Origin: Mantamonas sphyraenae STR306 | Taxonomy: Eukaryota > Protista > CRuMs | Direction of reading: 5' to 3' | DNA length: 64,000 bases | Assembly: GCA_026936335.1 (NCBI GenBank) | Contig: JAPMXV010000013.1 | Coordinates: 1 to 64,000, forward strand | Shown: in pieces, positions 57,233 to 64,000 of the stretch | Layout: each line of letters begins with the position of its first letter | Position numbering within the stretch: position 1 is the first letter of the stretch | The notes under the pieces: generated by a model | Database searches by the model: none | Seen by the model: the letters and a program-made list of their open reading frames with translations, nothing else | What the model was told of the DNA's origin: nothing | Program-made: the position numbers and the translations under genes

Positions 57233-60200
57233 TCAAGCATCGGCATGAACAAACTCAAGAAACTCTTCGATCTCCTTGAGTGTGTGCTGCTTGCCTCCGG
57301 GTTCTTCGCGCGAGTCGTTGACCCAGGCGTCGATGGCGTCGACCTCGTAGATCAGCTCGGCCTCGTAGAGGTTGGTAAACATGCGGTTGGCCCATCCCTT
57401 GGGGTAGGCACGCTTGTTGGCAATGGCTTGCACGCCGTAGCATGCTCCCACCTGCTTCTGCAGCTGGTCGTCGCCGTCGCCCAGGAATCGCTTCAGCAGA
57501 CGCGCATACTCGTTCGTCCACTTCTTCTCGTTTTCCTTCACCTCGGGCTTGGGCTCCTTCATCGCCGCAAACACAGACTTGGGCAGGCACTCGATGGCCA
57601 GAAAGTCCACAAACACACTCGTGAGCTGTTCGGCAAACTCCACCGAGGACCATTCCTCCTCGTCCAGCGTGTTCTGGATCCACTGGATCAGCTCGTCGTT
57701 CGACTCGTGCGCCTCCAGCTTGGCCAGCAACTCCTTGGACACGTCCACCTCGTCCTCCTCCTCCTCCCCCGTGTTGGCGGCCATCATCTCCTCGTCCCAT
57801 GCGTTCTGCACGTACGACAGCTCGTTGTTCGTCAGCAACGAGTCCAGTTCGCCTGTGCCCCGGTCCATGATCGGCATAAACTCCTCCAGGTCCGTCACAT
57901 CCTTCATGCCCAGCTCACGGATAAACTTGCACGCAGCCGCCTGGTTGCGAGCGTCTTCGATCGACATGGTGATCTGCACAATCATCTTGATGGCCAGGCC
58001 ACCCTCGACCACGTCTGTGACTGCCTCGGCCACAAAGCTTGCCGGCAGCGCACCGGCCATGATACACTCGGCCATGAGCTTGGCCAGCGAGCGCCACGCG
58101 TTGGGCGCATCCACCATAATCTCTTCCAGCGAGTCCATCACCGCCTCAAAGCCCTTGCGGAACACGGACGGTTCGATGTCCTTCTCCTTGCGCATGGCCA
58201 CCAGCAGGCGACCCACAAGCATCACATCCTTGGCCTTGCCCTCCAACGCCTGGTTGATCATCGTCTCCACCGTCACGTGCAGCAGATCCGGCGCCTCCAG
58301 CTCGTCGATGCACAACAGTGCCTCCTTGATGTCTTCGATGTTCAGATACTCCGACAGCAGGTTGCCACTCTTGCGCTTGACCTCCTCCACACGCTCCTCC
58401 TCCGATCCCTGCTGGCCCTTGTTGTCCTCCTCTCCACTTCCCTCCTCCTCGCTCTCGTGCTCCTCCTCGCTTCCCTCGCTGTTTTCCAGCTCCACACGCT
58501 TGCCACGACGGCCACCCTTGCCGTACGTGCGCTTGCCTCCCGGGCCCATTCCCCCGTGGTCCCGGCCCCCACCGTGGCCCCACTGCTTTCCGCCGCCGCC
58601 GCCTCCGCCTCCGCGGTTCCCGCTGCTGCGTCGGTCTTCCTTGCGTCCCCCCTTGCGCGGGCGTCCGCCGCTGCCTCCGGGTCCACCACGTCGGCCAAAC
58701 CGTCCGCCTGTGCTTGCGCGTGCCAGCTCCGCCAACTCCTTGCGTTTGGCTTCGGCCGCCTCGCGGTGCACCTCGGCAATGGTTTTGGGTGCGTTGTCGT
58801 TGCGACGGGGCACCCACTTGTTGCGACGCAGGTCCACCACGTCCTCCAGCATGAAGCGCACACGCGAGGGCAGTCGCTTGTCCTTGGACAGAGCCACCAC
58901 CTTGGCAAAGTACTGGTTCATCGGCGTCTGGTGCTCCTGGATGTCCATGCTCTTGCCAATCGTCGTCAGCAGCTTGGCCAGACACTCCAGATCCGCCTCG
59001 TCCGGCACATCGTTGCTGTCCGGCGATCCCAGCAGCTTCTGCACACACTCGTGCATGATGTTGCTCGTCAGCATCTCCAGTTTGAACAGTTCGCCAATGA
59101 AGCGGATGTTGCCCAGCATCTGGCGCTTGACCTTGGTCCGTGCCAGCTCCTGGTCCTCCTCGTTCATCTCTGCGTACCCTTCAATGTCCTCCACGTCCTC
59201 GCGCTGCTCAAACGCCTGCTGGCAACGCATCAGCAGCAGTCGCTTGAACGTAACCTGTCGCGTGGCCTCCGGATCCTCCTCGGTGGGTTCCTCCACCTCA
59301 AATGCAGGGATGTCGATGCGCAGGCGTGCACACAGCTCCGCATACAGCGGGCCCCACGTCGGCTCGTCCAGAGCCTTGATGAAAATCTCCGCAATGACAC
59401 CCTCCAGTGTGGCCGCGTCCTCGATGCCCACGTCTCGGATCTGTTCGTACAGGGCGTCGAAGCGTTCCCAGGTCAGCTTGTTCAACAGGCCCTTGGTCTT
59501 GCGCAGCACCAGTTGCAACTCCTCCTCTTCGTTCGTTGCCTTCTTGGGCGGTGCCTTCCACGCATTGTCGCTCTTGACCAGCGGCGCCACAGGCTCCAGA
59601 TTCTCGTGCCTGTTGCGTCGTCCTCCCTTGCGTCCCCCCTTGCGTCCCCCGTGGTGCTTGTAGTCGCCCTCGTGACGCCGTCCGCCACGTCGGTCTCCGC
59701 GCTCTCCACGGTCGTGTTCGTAGCGATCGTTGCGCTTGCCTCGGCCGTCGCGCATCTTGCCGTTGCGGTGGCCGCCGTGGCCGTCGTGGCGTCGTCCGCC
59801 ACGGTGCGGGTCGTTCGATGCCTGCTTGATGAACCCGATGTCCAGGCCTTCCGGCTTGTCTGTGCACAGGTCCTTGAAGCTCATGAGGAAGGTGCGGTCG
59901 TACTGCTTCTTGCCCTCCGGGTTGGCCGGCGAGAATTGGTCTTCGTTGTACGAAATCGTCGAGCCGTTGGCCAACTCCACCTGCAAGCCATCGGTCGACA
60001 CCGAATGCACCAGCGACGATCCCGATCCCACGCCCAGACGAAGCTGCGTCTTGCCCAGCGCCATCGCCGATGACGATTGTTGCATCTTTGTGTTGCTGTC
60101 TCCTGCAGCACTAGCTGCCGCAGCAGTCGCCGCCTGCTGTTTGTCGTCCCCTTCCAGACTGTTTGTCGACAGGCTCTTCACAGCCGCTGCAGCTGCCTGC

Positions 60201-61782
60201 TGCGCCGCCTTTTGCTTCCTCTCCTCCTCCTCACGCAGGCGATCCGCCTCATCTTCCGCCTCCTCGTTGTACTCCACATCGGTGCGTGCCTTGAACCCTT
60301 TGGTGGCCAGCGCCGTCGACGCCGCTCCCGACGCCGCCGCCGCCGCTGCGCTTGCGTTGTTTGCCTTGCTGGCCTCGGCCCCCTTGCGCTGGGCAGGCGG
60401 CACGTAGCCACCCTTGCTCTTGGCCATCAGCTTTGCAAACTCCTTCTCATCCGCCTCCTTCTGTTGTTTGGCGGCCTCCTCTTCTGCCTTGGCATCGGCG
60501 TTGGCATCGCTGTCGCCCGTTGTCGTCGTCATCGTCGTCGTCTCACCTGCTCCTGCTGCCTTGTTGTCGTCCTGATCCTTGTCCGAGGTGGACGACGACG
60601 TGCTGCCGCCCTTTGGCTTGGCACTGTCATCGTCTGCCTTGCCTGCAGGCTCCACTGTGGGTGCGTTCTTTGCGTCGTTCGCCTCCGTGCTGTTCGTGCT
60701 CGTGCTCGTGCTGGCGCCGGGATCGGCAGGTGTCTGGGCCTTGGGCGAGTCGTTGGTGTGAATCACCTCCTTTGTGTCTGGGTTCGACAGTGTCACCTTC
60801 ACCGACTGTGCCTTTTCAATCGTGAACTTGGGTGTGTAGGCGCTGGCGTTGGGGTTGAACGCAGGGGACGTCATGCCTCCGCCGCCCATGTTCCCAAAGC
60901 CTCCCTGCCCTCCACCATTCGAGCCGCCGCCGTACCCATACATGGCACGCTGTCCTCCATAGCCCATATTGCCTCCTCCGTTGTACGTTGTGCTGGGGTT
61001 GCCATAGAAGCTGGACTGTCCGCCCGGCTGCTGCCCTTGCTGGTTGTTGTACCCCCTCCACGCTCCCGCCGTGCCCATGGTGCTGTTCCCATTGCCATGG
61101 TACCCCGACGTGGTCGTTGTCTGCTGCGTTTGTTGCGCCTGCATGCTTTTCTGCTGCGCCTCCAGCAACGGGGGAGCCGACTGCGTGCGAATGGGCTCTC
61201 CGCCTCCGCCTGGCTGGACCCCGCTGCTCGAAACGCTGCTCTGCATCGACGTTTTGCCACGCGGGTTCACTGTGCCATTGCACGCACACGTGTGTCCCAT
61301 CATCACACGTCATTCCCCGCCACGTGTGTGTCCCCATGTCCATTGTGTCCGTGTCAGTGGGCCGGTCCGGCGTCCCGCATGCGAAAAAAACCAGGCCCAG
61401 AAACTCTGCTGTGCAATTCGCTTCGGCGGCCCCACGTTGGCCGGGCAACAAAACACAGCCTGCACACGCACACACACACACACTTACCGCCCACATTCGA
61501 CTGCTGGTTGTATCGGTTCTGCGTGTTGCCACCCTGCGAACGGTTGCCACTGGCAAACGTGCGTTGGGTCGTTCCCACGCGCTGCGAGTTGCTGTTGTTC
61601 AGATTGTACGGCTTCGACCCGCCTCCGTTTCCGCCGCCGTTGCTGCTCCCTCGCTGCGTCTGCTGTCCTCCCGACGTGTTCTTTGTCTCCTCCTTCGTTG
61701 TGTCCTCCTCATTCTCCTGTGACTTGTCCTCTTTGCGCTCCTGCGCATTGATTTTCGGCCTTTGACTCCACACTCCCGACAT
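57233..61782 (-). CDS. EIF4G: Translation initiation factor eIF4G (4E-binding motif, MIF4G, MA3, W2); 5' exon 61782-61488
   Basis: YDRTFLM (YxxxxLphi), KGLLNKLT, LGNIRFIGELFK, RVRFMLEDVVDLR, MA3 EYLNIEDIKEA, W2 LYEAELIYEVDAIDAW. Confidence 0.93.
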
Positions 61783-62278
61783 GGTTGATTCTGAGAAAGT
61801 GCTGTGCAAATGAACCTCGTTTGTCCCGTGCGACCTTGCTCAGATCTGTCTGCTGTCCGTCTCTGTTGCTTGACTACGCCGCCGATCGATCTGCTCGCTT
61901 TGTACTCGTCTCCAATGTGTTCCTTGTGCTTGTTATTCGCTTCAGGCCAGCGGGGTATCCGGATCGATTGTTTGTACGTTCTTCGTTCCGGTCTTCTCGA
62001 TGGTCTGTCCTTTCCTCTTGCAGCAATCCTGTGTGTATTGACTTGCTGCTGTATGTAGGTGAAAAGAAATAAAAAAAAAGGGGTTTGGTAAAGTTGTTTC
62101 TGTGTGTTGTTGTTTTTGGATGGCATGGGCGGCGCAGAGTGCCGTCAGTCCCAATGTGGTTTGCACACACAAGATGGGAAGAAAGGAGGTCACCCCTTGC
62201 ACTCTCCCCCCACACACACACACTCACACACACACACACACATTGCCCCTTGCGCACACACATCCAACTCGTTCGCAC

Positions 62279-63097
62279 ATGGACACAGAACCGGCGTCCA
62301 GTGCGCCACCGCCAACACAGACCCAACCAGCAGCGGCCAATGGTGGCACCGAGGGGCCCAATGGGACGTCGAATGTGCCTGTGCCACCCATGCTGGTGGA
62401 CAGGGAGCAGCTTGTGCGCGATCCACTCCTCCTGCTGCGCCCCACCACCGTGTCACTGTCCCGCAGGAATGCCCGCTTCGATGTCATGAAGCTCTTTGAC
62501 ATGGAGAACCTGTTTGAAGAGGCGCGCAAGAAAATCAAAAAGTTTGGCTTCGAGGCGTACGTGCAGGAGTTGCCGGAACCGTACATGCCCAGGCACCAGA
62601 CGCTCAACCTGGACACGGACGACTTGGAGCTTGCGCTGGCGCCCGAATCGGTCATGGATGGACTGGAGGGCACGCAGCTGATGCCTCTGTTGCATCGCGC
62701 TGCGTTTGGTGAGGACTACGACGTGCGTGAGTTTCACAAGGCGGTGGACACCGGGGCACTGTCGCTTGCACCGGGGGCGGTGGACTATGTGCCCTTCAAC
62801 AACACCACCATCGACCCCACTGTGTCTCGGTACGTGAAGAAGGCCAAGAAGGAGAAGAAGAAGAAGGAGAAACATGCGGGGGAGACGGAGGAGGAACGCG
62901 CTGCACGCAAGGCACGCAAGCGGGAGAAGAAGAAGCGCAAGCGGGAGGAAGCCATGCTGGACGACGACGCACAAGACACAACACCCGACCTCATGGCAAC
63001 CTCACCACAGGGGGCATCCAATGCAAACAACGACCATGCTGCATCACGCGTCGTCGTCACCCTCCCCAGCAAGAAGCAGCGTGTGGACGACCAATGA
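62279..63097 (+). CDS. Hypothetical nuclear protein, possibly Mediator subunit Med19-like
   Basis: DVMKLFDMENLF...KKFGFEAYVQELP followed by a Lys-rich tail, the layout of Med19/Rox3; similarity is weak. Confidence 0.5.
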   Translation: MDTEPASSAPPPTQTQPAAANGGTEGPNGTSNVPVPPMLVDREQLVRDPLLLLRPTTVSLSRRNARFDVMKLFDMENLFEEARKKIKKFGFEAYVQELPEPYMPRHQTLNLDTDDLELALAPESVMDGLEGTQLMPLLHRAAFGEDYDVREFHKAVDTGALSLAPGAVDYVPFNNTTIDPTVSRYVKKAKKEKKKKEKHAGETEEERAARKARKREKKKRKREEAMLDDDAQDTTPDLMATSPQGASNANNDHAASRVVVTLPSKKQRVDDQ

Positions 63098-63163
63098 CCA
63101 CCCACCACCCACCCACCACCAATGTACATTCCCATTCCCATTCCCCCTCACTCACTCACTCAC

Positions 63164-64000
63164 TCACTCCTCCTCCTCCTTCCCCGCCCCCTTTGCCTTG
63201 GCCTTGGCCGCATCCTGCTTGGCTGCCAACACCTCCGCCTTGCAGTATACCCGCAACGGGATGTCCTCGCCCAGCTGTGCCTGTTTGCGAAGGTATCGCA
63301 CACGAAAGTGGTCGTTGCACCGGTGGGCATCCGGCAGCAGTGTCGAACTGTCTGCCACCGTGCGCCAATCCACGTCGTGCGACGTTTCAATCTTCCGCTG
63401 CGCAAGGATGCCCTTGTACAGCGCCAAACGCACCTCGGGTTTGTTCCACTGCGCTTTGGACATGGACACACGTGGCAAAGGCGTCCCATCCCTTGTCGAC
63501 GACGACCGCACAGCCAGCGTGCCCTCCTTGGCATCGTCCAGCTCCTCCGCCTGCTGCAGCTGCTTGTGTGCCGCATGCACAAAGTTGCCAAAGTGCGTGC
63601 GGCATGCCACGTGCGACCTCGTGCCCATCTTCTCCGCAATCTTTGCCCAGGGCATTGTCACGTCGTGAAAGTCCACCTCCTCCACGCGTTCAAACACAAA
63701 GCCCTGCCGCCTCAGTTCCGCACTCACCAGCTTCACCAGCTTCCGATCCTCCTCCTTCGACCACTTGCCATGCTTCCTCGAGTGTTCCTTGCTCAACACA
63801 CGCCACTTGTCCCTGCAATTGTCCCCGTACCTGCCCAACTCCTCCCCAATCGTCACCCACACCCCTGCCGCCGCCTCCCCATCCACCCCCACCCCATGTT
63901 TCGCCACAAGCTCCCTCAGCTGTTCCTCCTCCGCTTTGGTCCACCGTCCCTTCTTCCCCGGGTGGAATGCACGGATGAACCACCCTCGCACCGCCTTTCG
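63164..64000 (-). CDS. Myb-repeat protein, Reb1/TTF1/DMTF1-like (5' end outside the window)
   Basis: KGRWTKAEEEQL..WVTIGEELGR...CRDKWR; GKWSKEED..PWAKIAEKMGTRSHVAC; DVDW. Confidence 0.85.
   Translation of the reverse strand, partial: RKAVRGWFIRAFHPGKKGRWTKAEEEQLRELVAKHGVGVDGEAAAGVWVTIGEELGRYGDNCRDKWRVLSKEHSRKHGKWSKEEDRKLVKLVSAELRRQGFVFERVEEVDFHDVTMPWAKIAEKMGTRSHVACRTHFGNFVHAAHKQLQQAEELDDAKEGTLAVRSSSTRDGTPLPRVSMSKAQWNKPEVRLALYKGILAQRKIETSHDVDWRTVADSSTLLPDAHRCNDHFRVRYLRKQAQLGEDIPLRVYCKAEVLAAKQDAAKAKAKGAGKEEEE

Noticed and set aside
57101-60073. Long antisense ORFs (also 1693-3717, 13726-15636, 32596-34248, 44017-45618, 57549-59663)
   Set aside because: Shadow frames of GC3-rich real genes with no recognisable motifs

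Overview
This is the left end of a chromosome from a very compact, GC-rich microbial eukaryote (taxon not assignable from this window alone). It begins with a (CCCTAA)n telomere and continues with about 29 tightly packed genes carrying short GT-AG introns; many intergenic gaps are under 100 nt. Most genes are ordinary housekeeping genes: CLC channel, NUB1, TRM9-like methyltransferase, ABCG, DCN1-like, ACF1/Itc1-like, two eIF4G-family genes, RNPC3, NASP, Sep15, centrin and a Myb/Reb1-like gene. The standout is a ~5.4 kb insertion-like segment (~46500-52000) between an FtsX-like permease gene and centrin. It contains (i) a Tc1/IS630-type HTH module with one in-frame stop and no DDE domain; (ii) a spliced ~1470-1480 aa ORF with FEN/XPG-like PIN 5'-nuclease motifs at the N-terminus and a complete Fanzor/TnpB-type RuvC plus Zn finger at the C-terminus; (iii) three regularly spaced 15-nt direct repeats in one of its introns; and (iv) a structured 3' non-coding region where an omegaRNA would be expected. 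Together these make a candidate two-nuclease RNA-guided eukaryotic system. Secondary points are a head-to-head circularly permuted ATP-grasp ligase / M14 deacylase pair, a signal-peptide-bearing OGT, a telomere-adjacent protein built from four copies of an unrecognised ~190 aa domain, and a degenerate kinesin. All family calls come from motif recognition by eye; no searches were run.
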